Assembly (NCBI RefSeq): GCF_004010195.1 | Contig: NC_057749.1 | Coordinates: forward strand, 12,788,254-12,852,253 | Length of the DNA stretch: 64,000 nt | Direction of reading: 5' to 3' | Source: Chiloscyllium plagiosum | Taxonomy: Eukaryota | Made by a program: the position numbers and the translations under genes | Notes under the pieces: model-generated | Databases searched by the model: none | What the model saw: only the letters and a program-made list of their open reading frames with translations | Told to the model about the DNA's origin: nothing | Part shown: positions 38,745 through 51,260 of the stretch, piece by piece | Layout of the letters: the number at the start of each line of letters is the position of its first letter | Numbering within the stretch: position 1 is the stretch's first letter

Positions 38745-40575
38745 TCTTTTCAAGAATAGCGTTAGCAGGTAGGATTAAGGAAAACCCTAAGGCATTCTAC
38801 ACTTATGTGAGGGACAAGAGGATGGCCAGAGTGAGGGTAGGGCCAATCAGGGATAGTGGAGTGAACTTGCACCTGGAGTCAGAGAAGGTAGGGGAGGTCC
38901 TTAATGAATAGTTTGCTTCAGTATTCACTACTGAGAGGGACCTTGACTTTGTTGAGGACAGTGTGAAACAGACTGAAATGCTAGAACTAGTTAAGATGGA
39001 GGATGTACTGAAAACATTAAAAAACATAAGAATAGATAAACCCCTGGCTAGACGGGATACACCCAAGGTTACTACAGGAAGTGAGGGAAGAGATTGCTGT
39101 GCCTTTGGTGATGATCTTTGCATCCTCGCTGTCCACCGGAGTAGTACCAAATGGAGCGTGGCAAATGGTATTCCCTTGTTCAAGAAAGGGAATGGAGATA
39201 ATCCTGGGAATTACAGACTAGTCGGTCTCACGTCTGTGGTGTGCAAAGTATTGGAGAGGATTTTGAGAGACAGGATTTATGATTACTTGGAAAATCATAG
39301 TTTGATTAGAGATAGTCAGCATGGTTTTGTGAGGGACAGGTCATGTCTCACAAGCCTTGTTGAATTCTTTGAGGATGAGACAAAGCACATTGATGAAGGT
39401 AGAGCAGTGGATGTGGTGTACATTTTAGCGAGGCATTTGATAAGGTTCCCCATGGTGGGCTCATTCAGAAAATAAGAAGGCATGGGATACAGGGAAACCT
39501 TTATCTGTCTGGATACAGAATTGGCTGGCCCATAGAAGACAGAGGGTAGTGGTAGACAGAAAGTATTCAGCCTGGAGCTCGGTGACCAGTGGTGTTCCAC
39601 AGGGATCAGTTCTGGGAACTCTGCTCTTTGTGATTTTTATAAATGACTTGGATGAGCAAGTGGAAGGGTCAGTTAGTAAGTTTGCCGATGACATAAAGGT
39701 TGGTGGAGTTGTGGATAATACGGAAGGCTATTATAGGTTGCAATGAGACCTTGACAGGATGGAGAACTGGGCTGAGAAGTGGCAGATGGAGTTCAACATA
39801 GAAAAGTGAGAAGTCATTCACTTTGGAAGGTCAAATTTGAATACAGAATACAGGGTTAAAGGCAGGATTCTTGGCAATGTGGAGGAACAGAGGGATCCTG
39901 GGGTCCATGTCCATAGATCCCTCAAAGTTGCCACCCAGGTTGATAGGGTTGTTAAGAAGCCATATGGTGTGTTGGCTTTCATTAGCAGGGGAATTGAGTT
40001 TAAGAGCACAAGTTATGCGTCAGTTCTATAGAGCCCTGGTTAGACCACACTTTGAATGTTGTGTTCAGTTCTGGTCGCCTCATTATAGGAAGGATGTGGA
40101 AGCTTTAGAGAGGGAGCAGAAGAGACTTACCAGGATGCTGCTTGGACTGGTGGGCATGTCTTATGAAGAAAGGTTGAGGGAGCTAGGGCTTTTCTCATTA
40201 GAGCGAAGAAGGATGAGAGGTGACTTGATAGAGGTGTACAAGATGTTGAGAGGCATAGATAAAGTGGATAGCCAGACTCTTTTCCCCATGGCGGAAATGT
40301 CTGTCACGAGGGGACATAATTTTAAGGAGATTGGAGGAAGGTTTAGGGGAGATGTCAGAGGTAGGTTCTTTACTCAGAGTTGTAGGTGCGTGGAATGCAC
40401 TGCCACCAGTGGTAGTAGAGTCAGAGATATTAGGGACATTTAAGCAACTCTTAGGTAGACACATGGAAGATAGTACAGTGAAGAGCATGTAGATTAGTCT
40501 GATCTTAGAGTAGGATAAAAGGCCGGCACAATATCAAGGGCCAAAGGCCTGTACTGTTCTATGTTCTATATTCTA
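38745..40575 (+). mobile_element. Second CR1 ORF2 fragment in tandem
   Basis: IKENPKAFY; RT motifs KFADD; 3' tail (gttctat)n. Confidence 0.92.
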
Positions 40576-40750
40576 AATAGCAACAGCGAGGAGATGCCTG
40601 GCCATGTGCTTGGAAGGGAGCTGGAGTACAATGCGAATGGAAGGAAGGGTTCTAGAGGAATTGAAATCACTTTTGGTTTTATAGATGAGAGGCCGGGCGA
40701 GTCCAATCAAACAAGTAAAAATAACATACCTTTCTTTTCCTGCCTTCCAG

Positions 40751-40923
40751 GAACACGCCAGCCAATCACAAGTCAGTACCTGAAAGCGACAACCAGTGAT
40801 GACAACAAAGCAAATGATTGGCCATTGACATATACAATATTGACTGCTCCAGCCCTGGGACAACTCATTAGGGTCAATGAAGGCAATGTCATAGGGAATG
40901 TTTCTAACTTCACTGAGAGAGAT
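40751..40923 (+). CDS. CSPG4: CSPG4 coding exon 8
   Basis: ttccag|GAACAC and AGAGAT|gtgagt; 173 bp, phase 1 to 0; GTRQPITSQYLKA...NFTERD. Confidence 0.94.
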
Positions 40924-41149
40924 GTGAGTGCAATCACTTGGACACGGTAATCAAACGCCTGTGGTGGTTCAATCAGTCAAAAAATCCATTACAATTCTGG
41001 AACATATACCTGATTACCTCAGTTGATGATAGCTACCAGTGTGGCTGTGACGTGCCCCCCACCCCCTCCCCAATTAATCAAATAGTCTGGCAAGTCATTC
41101 AGAATTAGCTCTGCTTCTGAAGTTGGGAAGAATTAAAGTTTTCACTTTG

Positions 41150-42355
41150 TTTGGATACAATGGGAAGAATGTTCACAGGTCCTGAACAACAACAGACATT
41201 CAGTATAAAAAGGGTGTTGGATGTTTTGAAAAGCATTAGAGTAGGCAAGTCTCCAAGACCTGATAAGACTATTTCAGAATGCTGAGGGGGGCAAATAAGG
41301 ATATTGCTGGAGCCGTTCGCAAAATCTTTGGATTTTTTTCTCACAGAAGATGTGCCCAGAGGACTGGAGAATAGTTAATGTGGTTTCTTTGTTCAAGAAG
41401 GGCAATGGGGATAATTCAGGAAATTACAGGCCAGTGAGCCTTACATCAGTGGAATCGGAAAATGATTGGACAAGATCCTTTATTGGATAGGATTAATTCA
41501 CATTTGGAAAAATATGTACTTATTAGCATGGCTTTGTATGGGGAAGGTCATGCCTCACAAACCTGACAGAGTTTTTTGAGAAAGTGACAAAGATGATTGG
41601 TGAGGGCAGGGCTGTAGATGTTGTCTACCTTTGATAAGGCCCCTTATGGCAGGTTGATACAAAAGGTGAAATTATGTTGGATCCGCAGTGAGCTGTTAAG
41701 ATGAATATAGAACTGGCTGAAAGGGTGTTTTTCTGACTGGAGATCTGTGACCACTGGTGTTCCACGTGGGTCAGTGTTGGGGCCCTGTTGGTTTATAATA
41801 TATATAAATGGTTTGGAGGCGAATGTAGGTGGCCTGATTAGTACATTTGTGGATGGCATTAAGATTTAGAAAATTGTGGATGGTGAGAAGGATTGACACA
41901 GGATCCAGCAGGATATAGATATGCTGGAAACTTGGGCTGGCAGATAGAGTTTAAGCAAGACAAATGTGGCATCAACATATAGAGGATCCTAGGCATGTAG
42001 GTCCACAGTTCCCTTAAAGTGGCAGCACAAGTGGATGAGGTGGTCAAGGCGGCACATGCATGCTTGTCTTCATTGGTCGGAGTATAAAGTATAACAATTG
42101 GCAAGTCAAGTTGCACATGTGTAGAACTTTAGTTAGGCCATATTTGGAATATTGTGTACAGTTCTGGTTGCAGCACTACCAGAAGGAGGCTTTGGAGAGG
42201 GTACAGAAATGGTTTACCAGGATGTTGCTGTTTTGGAGGGTATTAACTATGAGGAGAGTTTGGACAAACCTAGTTTGTTTTCACTTGAAAATTGAGGATG
42301 AGGGGTGACCTGATAGAATTTTACAAAGTTTGAGAGACATGGATAGAATGGATAA
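41150..42355 (+). mobile_element. Decayed CR1 ORF2 fragment
   Basis: GNYRPVSLTS-like DNA, LVRPYLEYCVQFW. Confidence 0.85.
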
Positions 42356-42359
42356 TCGG

Positions 42360-43990
42360 TCCTACCTTGTTCTCTGCTGTGTTCCTGTCTGCCCTCACTG
42401 TTTGACTTGCTCGTTTTCCCAACTGGACCAGTATCAGATTGATTGATTTATTTCCTCACTATTTACCTGGGTCCCCCCCTCCCCCTCCCCACTACCACCC
42501 CAACCTTACTAGTTTAACTCCTCCTGAGCAGCTCTAGCAAATCTCTCTGCCAGTATATTAGTCCCCTTCCAATTTAGGTGCAACCCATCCTTCTTGTACA
42601 AGTCACTTCTACCCCAAAACAGCTTCCAATGATCCAAAACTGTGAACCCATCTCTCCTGTACCAGCTCCTCAGCCACACATTCCTCTGCTCTGTCCTCCT
42701 GTTCCTACCCTCACTAGCTCATAGCACCAGGAATAATCCAAACAATACTACCCTCGAGGACCTCCTTTTTAAATTCCTGCCTAATTTTCTATATTCTCCC
42801 TTCAGAATCTCATCCTTTTCTCATGTCATTGGTTCCAATGTGTACAACAACCTCCTGCTGGTCCCTCTTCCCTTTGAGAACATTCTGTATCCTCTCTGAG
42901 ACATCCTTGATCCTGGCACCAGGGAGGTACACACCATTCTGATTTTTCGCTGCCAGTTGCAGAAACATCTGTCTGTGCCTCTGACTGGAGAGTCTCCTAT
43001 TACAATTGATCACTTGGAACCCAACGTACCTCTCATTACATTAACGCCATTCTTGGTACCCGAAACTTGGCTATTTGTGATATATGGATTAGTGGTGCTG
43101 GAAGAGCACAGCAGTTCAGGCAGCATCTGAGGAGCAGTAAAATCGACATTTCGGGCAAAAGCCCTTCATCAGGAATCTATTTGTGATATATTCCCCTGAG
43201 AGTCCACCACCCTCTACATTTTCCAAAACTGCATACTTGTTTGAAATGGGGATAGCCACAGAAGACTCCTGCACTACCTGTCTACCCCTCCTACTTTTCC
43301 TGCGTTTAACCCATCTACCTGACTGTATCTGCAGCTTTTCTCCCGTTCTATAACTGCCATCCATCACACCCCCTAGCTTCTGTAAATTCCTTACTGTCTC
43401 TAACTGCCGCTCCAACAGATTCATACGATCTGATAGGATTTGCAACCAAAAGCATTTTTTGCAGGCATAGTTATCAGTAGCATGGAAACTCTCCCTAAAC
43501 TCCCACATCTGACAAGAAGAGGATATCACTCTACTAAAGGCCATCTTTGCTTCTTCACAATCTACAGACCCAGAAAATGGACCGTCTTATTGCTGTAGAA
43601 AACCACTGCTCCAGACTAACTTAATGCTATGGCTTATATTTTTAAAATGTAATCAAGAGACAGATCTCAATAAAACATGTAATCAAGAAAGAACCACTCT
43701 GCTCACTGTTGTAGATTTACAGCAAAGCTACACTTAAAAGCTATGCACTTATGTGTTCCTGTGCTGTGAGCTTTGCCACACAGGTTCCTCCAAGGTCAGC
43801 TGTGAATTTTGCTGTTTGTTAATTTTTCCTAGATGCACTCCGATGTCCAGAGATACTTGAACTCAAACAGCAAATGCAGTAACTGTGCAGATTCACTGCT
43901 GTGTCAGACAGCAGTATCGGTTTCTTTTTCTGACCATGTGGTCAATGCCTTTGTCTGTCTTCCTCATTTTTAAAGTGCCGTTGTTTTGAT
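42360..43990 (-). mobile_element. CR1 5' region including ORF1 (zinc-finger plus SGNH esterase)
   Basis: ORF 43116..43544 SSCQMWE..YACKKC; ORF 42810..43013 LPGARIKDVSER..VVVHIGTND. Confidence 0.85.
43086..43176 (-). mobile_element. 91-bp family A pLTR insertion beginning at the hammerhead, 15-bp TSD
   Basis: ctatttgtgatatat at 43071-43085 and 43177-43191; minus strand ATTC-CTGATGA-A-GGGC-TTTT-GCCC-GAAA-TGTC-GATT. Confidence 0.85.
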
Positions 43991-46524
43991 CTTTTGTCCC
44001 CCAAAGTTCCTGCGGTACAAGGAAGAATTGATGAATTCATTGGTGCAGATCCAGATTCTGGACTTTTCAAAAGGACTGATTAACATCGGGAGATTGAACA
44101 AATTTATATCATTTTTAGAATATTGTCTGTATTTAATTTAAAATTTTGCTGCTTGTTTTAGAATTTTGTGGATTATCTCAGCTTCCATGGTACAAATTGT
44201 CAGAGCTATTATAATGGAGCAAGATGCAGCCAATGTTGTGAGAGGCCTCATCACACTATTCATTTAACTCTAGCACAAATGTTGTCAGAGCCCAAATCGC
44301 TCAGAATCCCAGTAAGATTCTGCTCATAGAGTGCAAAAACAAGGATGTTACCCAAAATATTGATAAAATACTGGTTTAGCCCCTATTGGAGCATTGTGTT
44401 CAATTCAGGCACCACACCTGAGGAAGGATGTCAAGGGTGCAAAGGAGATTTGCGATTATTGGTACCAGGTTTGCGGGACTTCAATTATGTCTGGAAGCTT
44501 GGGTTATTCTTCAAAGCAGGGAACATCAAAGGGAGATATAATAGAGGCATTCGTTGAAGAATTTTAACAGAGGAAATAAGAAGGAGGATGACAAGGAGAA
44601 ACTGTTTTCATTGACAGATAGTAAGCAGAATCACAGATTTAAAATAATTCACAAAAGAACTAGACAGGAGATGAGCAGGAACACACTCTGGTGGGCAGTT
44701 GAAGCAGATTCAATCATAACTTGCAAAAACGTAAAATCTTGAATTGAAAATAATATAATTATTGGGATCGAACAGAGAATGCAACTAGCCAGATAGTTTA
44801 TTCAGAAAACCAGCACAGGTACAGTGGACTAAATGGCCTCCTGTGTGCAGTATAATTCAAAGACTCACGGACGAGAAATAGCCACTTCGATAACATTGTG
44901 AAAGATCTGCCAATACCTTCAACAGAAAATTAGAACACAAAAAAAGATAAGCATAAATAATGCTGGAAAAAGGCTGTATAATATAATCAGAGCATTGGCT
45001 CTTTGGTTTAATGGGTTGTTGCTGAAGCATAACTTTGCAACTTGTGGTATGTGTTAGTGTCAGAGGAGATAAACGACTCCCTGAAATCGCATAGCATATA
45101 CTCCATGCTAGAGGAAAGTAATTAATATCCACGCTGCAAACAAAGTTAAATCATAGACTGCAGCGACACATCTAAAACCAGCTCAAAATGAATGGGCACA
45201 ATTACTTTATCTGTCACATCACTGCCAACCTCCTTCCCATGGTGTGAATTATTTCACAGCTCCTTTAACTCTTCACATCCTGGAAATCTTTGAAGGGACC
45301 ATGCTGTATACAAAGCCATTCACTTCTGCTTGGATTAGGCTGTCGACATTCTGTACTCGGCTTCCATTAGCTAAGGAATGGCACAGAAGGGGGACATCAA
45401 TTAGTATAAATGGTCACCTCTCCAACAGCCCTTTCCCCACTGATTGTCTCCACAGTGGGTCAAGAGGGAAATAGTCTCCTTTTGTACTTTAAACATGCAG
45501 GAGTTGACACTGAACCCCAGGTCTGCTGTACATTATCTGCTCCCTACTCCTTTGGTCTAGGTTGGTGGTTTACTGAGCTGTACATTTTGTGATTTTCAAT
45601 TAATCTCAATCTGAGTTGCAGTCAATAGAAATTTAAACAGAGATTCAGCAAAACCTTTTCCTCCCAGTCATGAGTCTTTGGAGCTCTCTTCCTGAAAACG
45701 TGGTGGTAGCAGATTCTTTGAATATTTTAAGGTAGAAGTGGATATATTATTAAGCAAAGGGGATAAGGTTTATCAGGATAGGCAGGAATGAAAATTTAAG
45801 GTTGCAATCAGACCAACCATATCTTATTGTTGGTGGAGCAGTCTCAAGGGTTTGAATGGCCTAGTCCTGTTTCTTATTTGTTATGTTCATCTCAACACAG
45901 CTTGTTACTCAGGAGGAGCAGAGCTGCACATACTTCTTCACTCACTTTAAATCCACAATTTGTTTTAGCTCCTTTATGGAATATGGGCATCACTGTTGAG
46001 GGCACTATTTGTTGTCCGTCTCTAATTGCCCTTGAATTTGGCTATTTCAGACGGCAGTTAACAGCAACAACATTGTTGTGGGCCTGGAATCACATGCATA
46101 GGTCTAAATGGTAAGACGGCAGAATGAATTCCTTAAAGAATATTAGTGACAACCACACAAGGTTTTACAACAATTGATAATTCATGATAACATTATTGAC
46201 ACTAGCCTTCAATTCCAGTTTTTTAAAAATTGTCTTTAAGTTCAATCAATAGACACAGTAAATTTTGAAATTCTATCCCAAAGAATATTAGCCTAGAATG
46301 CTGGATTACTAGTCCAGTGATGTTACCATTACACCATCACCTTCCCATAGCACAGGCTTTCAGGCAGAAGGGCAATTGGATCATTGCAATCTCATTACTA
46401 GCTCTGACACCCACACTGTTCCTATAAGAATTTCTCTGAGCAGAGATTCCTACAATCTGTGTAAAAATCTTCAAGTAGATTTTCAAAATAGAATTCGTCC
46501 CTGTACAGTAGTTAATCTCTGAAA

Positions 46525-46925
46525 CCCAGTTAGTGTCAGTATCTAGGCTCCAGGTTAGTGATAGTGACTGCAGGCCCCAGGGACTAATTTAATAATACTA
46601 ACTACACTGCAGGACCTCACAGTAAACACAGGTTCGTGGGTCTGGGCTAGTGATGATAACAAGCTGCAAGGCCTATGTTAGTGGTAGTGATCATTCTCCA
46701 GGACCTGTGTTCGCAACAATAACTGGACTGTAATGTTTGGGTCTGGGTTGGTAATGGTAGCTGGGCCTCAGTGCCTAAATCAGTAATAGAAACCAGGTTC
46801 TGGGCCTAGGCAATAGATAATAACTAGGTTCTGGGGCCCAGACTAGGATACTAACCAGGTTTTGGAGTACAAGTTAGTGATAGTAACCAGGTTATTGATA
46901 GTAACCATGCTTTGGCACCCAGGGA
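46525..46925. repeat. Degenerate tandem repeat (~30-35 bp; ttagtgatagt..ctggg motifs)
   Basis: Recurrent tagtgatagt / ggttctggg / ccaggtt words. Confidence 0.5.
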
Positions 46926-47295
46926 TGTAAGATTGACCCAGGATTTATTTAATGCAAGGTTTGATAAACATTTCTAGGCTCTGGTTTGGAGAATATGCCA
47001 TATGTGAGTCTTGGGAACCTCAGGGAGGAGAGAAGCTGCCCCATGGTCTGGCTGAGGGGAATCAAAGGGGAAGTTAGATAAACATTGAGGGAGGAATAGA
47101 GGAATGTGTTCATAAGGTTAGGATTAAAAATGATGAGAAGAGGCTTGGAGTATAAATACCAAGACAAGATGACCTGACATGGACTTTTTCCATCCTGTAA
47201 ATACTTCGCAATCATGTATAGAGTGAGGGTTTGTAACACTTAAGATAATGTCAGTGAATGGCATTCATAAGATATTCTCTCTTCTTCACTAACAG

Positions 47296-47479
47296 TTGGA
47301 ATCTGAAAATATTTTCTACCAACATAATTGGCCAAAGGAACCATTTTGGAAATGTCAGGATTCATTTGAGTTCACGGTTTCCTCTCCCCCAGTGGTGACA
47401 GAAAGGAAGACCTTCACATTATGGATTTCCTTTGAAAGGCATAGTCTTCAAAGAGGCACTCAGCTATGGCACAATAAAG
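47296..47479 (+). CDS. CSPG4: CSPG4 coding exon 9
   Basis: taacag|TTGGAA and AATAAAG|gtaaag; 184 bp, phase 0 to 1; LESENIFYQHNWPKEPFW...QLWHNK. Confidence 0.94.
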
Positions 47480-48249
47480 GTAAAGTACAATTTACACTTC
47501 AACGGTGATGCTGCCTTAATAGTAGCAGTGACTGAGCACACAGTTCAATGGGAACTTAGTCACCCTCAGCTGCTTTAGCCACATAGCCAGTGTGTTGGAC
47601 AAGGTATTCTGGTCGCCTGGTACTTTGTACCTCTGCCTGTATTCCTGTCACTGTCAAATTAAATTTGTCCAGGATAAACAGGAGTCTCCTGACACAGTGC
47701 AATTCCTCCTTGGTCTTGTAGCTCGCCATCTCCAGTCCTGTACCCCTCTCTGACATCTGCATTCCTCCAGTACCAGTCGCTTGAGAATCCATAGTTTAAT
47801 TACATTATTGGTAACTGTGCCATCAACTGACTGGGCCATAAGTTTTGGAATTCTCTCTGTAAACCTCTCTGCTTCTCTCACCACCAAACTCTTTGACCAA
47901 AACTTTGGTCTCCCATCCTAATGTCTTCTTATGTAGATCGGCATTAAATTTTGTCGGGTTGTACAAATGCAGTTTGTTGTTATCTTGACAGCATTGAGCT
48001 GCTGTCATTCCAGCCAGTTATATAGCGTAGTAGAAAATATGCACTACTTAAACAAAGCTCAGGGTCAAAACCAGGTCAGAAAGATTTCATGACAGTGAAG
48101 ACCATTTTGTCTTGCAAATACAAGTGGCTTAGACTGTGTGTCAGATCCACTGTTACTACTTGGAATAGCATGGCTGTGTTATTCTGCTGCACAACACAAG
48201 GAGATTGTTGTTTGAAGAGAAAAAAATTGATTCATATAGGTTGTTTGCA

Positions 48250-49912
48250 GGCAAAGGGATATCTGGTAAGTGGGAGGTTTTCAAAAGTGAGTTAGTAAGG
48301 GTTCAGGTCTAAGCATGTTCCTGTTAGAATGAAGGGTAAGGCTGGCAGGAGTAGGGAACCCTTGGATGACGAGAGTTATTGAGGCTCTGGTCAAGAGAAA
48401 GGAGGCAAATGACATGTATAGATCAAGTGAGTTCCTTGAGGAGTATAGAAATCGTCTGAAGATATGTAAGAGAGAAATCAGGAGCACTAAAATGGGAGAT
48501 GAGATGGCTTTGGCAGGTAAGGTAAAGGAGAATCCAAGAGATTCGACAAGTACATGAAGGGCCAAAGAGTAACTAAGGAGAGAATAGGGTCTTTTAAAGA
48601 TCAACAAGGTCATCAATGTGTGGAGCCACAAGAGATGAATGAGATCCTATATGAACATTTCTCATCAGTATTTACCATTGAGAAAGGCATGGATGCTAGG
48701 GAACTTGGGGAAATAAATAGTCATGTCTTAAAAAGAGTCCACATTACAGAAGAGGAGGTGCCGAAAGTCTTAAAACTCATTAAAGCAGGTAAATCCCTGG
48801 GACCTGATGAAGTGTATCCAGAACTTTGTGGGAGGCAGGGAGGAAATTGCAGAGCCCCAGAGATATTTGTATCATTGACAGACACAGGTGAGGTGTTCAA
48901 AGATTGGAACATGGCTAATATTGTGCCATTAATTAAGAAAGGCTGTAGGGAAATGCCTGAGAATTACAGCCAGGTGAGTCTAGCGTCTGGGGTGAGTAAG
49001 TTGTTTGAGGGGATTCTGAGAGAGAGTATCTATAGATATTTGGAGAAGCAAGGACTCATTTATGATAGTTACCATGGCTTTGTAAGTGGGAAATAATATC
49101 TCTTGAATTTGAGTTTTTTGAAGGGGTAACCAAGAAAGTAGATGAGGTCAAGCAGCAGATATTTACAAAGAATTTAGTGAGGCCTTTGACAAGGTACCAC
49201 ATGACAAGTTGTTGTGTAAGGTTTTAATCTCACGGGATCCAGGAAGTGTTAGCCAATTGGATTCAAAATTGGCTTTATGGTAGAAGACCGAGGGTGGTGG
49301 AAGGGAGTTGTTTTTTAGACTGGAGGCCTATGACCAGTGGTGTGCTGCAAGGATTTGTGCTGGGTTCACTGTTATTTGTACTTTATATAATTGATTTGGA
49401 TGAGAGTTTAGGAAGTATGTTTATTAAGTTTGTAGATGACACCAGGATTGACATTGAAGAAGGTTATCTGAGAATGCAGTGAGATCTTGATCAATTGGAC
49501 CAGTGAACTGAGGAATGGCAGGTGGAGTTTAATTTAGATAAATGTAAAGTGTTCCATTTTGGTAGGACAATTCAAGGCAGGACTTATGCAGTCAATGGTA
49601 GGGCCCTGGGGAGCGTTATAGAACAAAGAGATCTAGGGGTACAGGTTCATAGCTCCTTGAAAGTGGAGTCACAGGTAGACAGGATATGAACAATGCTTTT
49701 GGAATGCTTGCTTCCATTGGTCAGTGCATTGAGTATAGGAGTTGGGATGTCTAGTTGCATCTGTACAAGATGTTGGTGAGGCCACATTTGGAGTATTGTA
49801 CACAGTTCTGGTCGCTATACTACAGACAGGATATTATTAAACTAGAAAGAGTGCAGTAAAGATTTATTAGGATGGTACCTGGACTGGAAGGTTTGAGTTA
49901 TAAGAAGAGATT
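48250..49912 (+). mobile_element. Decayed CR1 ORF2 fragment
   Basis: KVKENPR, DWNMANIVPLIKKG, MTSGVLQGFVLGSLLF, KFVDD. Confidence 0.88.
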
Positions 49913-51260
49913 GCCTTTTGCATACAGAATGGGAATCACATGTACTCTCCTAGGTTTCAATTCACTGGATTTGGAATATTTGCATTTATCCAATTCAGGT
50001 CAATGGTTATGACATAGATGGAGGCCCTTTGGCCCCATATATCTTCAAGAGGGCTGATTAATTAATTTCATTTCCTCCTCTTTCCTTATAGTCCAAATGC
50101 TGATTTGTAGACAATTTTAAAATTTATAGCTGAATTATGGTTATATTTGATAATAGCAAATTTGATAAGCATATTACGTGTGAAAATTGAATTCAATTGT
50201 ACTGAAATATGCACCACACCAATTCATACCCATCTGTGGCAGAATAGTCTTCTATTCTGTCAGCTCCTATAATTCCTTCAATTTGAAATGGACAAAGGTA
50301 AATATTTCAGAGCAGGAAAAGGTTCTGGTAACTGAGACAGAGGAGAAAGCTTCACACTCTTGCCAATGATAGGTTTGTACAATGAATGCATTGCAAGGGT
50401 TAGGAATGTGGCTGTCTGTTGAGACCAATCCTGTGATCTGCTCAATCGTCTAGAAAGAGCATGAATCATTCCACGGTGAAGTACGGACACGTATTTGAAG
50501 ACTGCATTTCCTCTTTCACACCTTCTCTCTGTAGGTGTCAGTGATTCCAGGTATATACATTCAATAATGTAAAGGTTGAGGGTTACAGTTTGCAGGAATA
50601 TAGAACTCTGATTAATGTATTTGAGCTGTTAAATGCCAACATGCAAATTCTAGGGTTCTTGTAAATATGGTATAGTTTAGAAAGGGCAAGCACTTACTTT
50701 GCAATTGAACTAAAAACATTTGTTTAAAAAAAAACTGCCTTTAGGCAGACTCCAAGAAAACTGTTGATTTTTTGTACAGCGGTCTGTTGCATATAAATTG
50801 TGAAAGTAGAAATGATTGCTCTCTTGTACTCTCAACTAATATTGTTTTTGTGTTTTCCTCTGAGGATTAACCCTATGTTGACAATCTGTAAAAGCATAGT
50901 GCACCAAGTCCCTTCAAAATGTTAGTTATGTTGAAATGCTCCTAGTTTTTGAGGGCTCAGGATCCAGAGGTCAGTATTATAAGATTAAAATATTATAGAT
51001 TTAGGACAGACATGTTGATACACTTCCTTTGTACAGAGAGGTTGTGAGCCTGTGGATGTTCCAGTGATTGAAGAGTCAGCATTCGAAAGAGGTGATGCAG
51101 TGGTTACAGATAAAGAGCATAAAAATATATGACAAAATGAAATTTGAAAGATTTGGCTAATGCAGAGGATAAACGCTATTACGTCCAGGTTGAACTAAGG
51201 GGATGGTTAATGTGCTTTCATTTTTATGAAATTAGTAAAAAATCTTTCTTTTTGCTCCAG

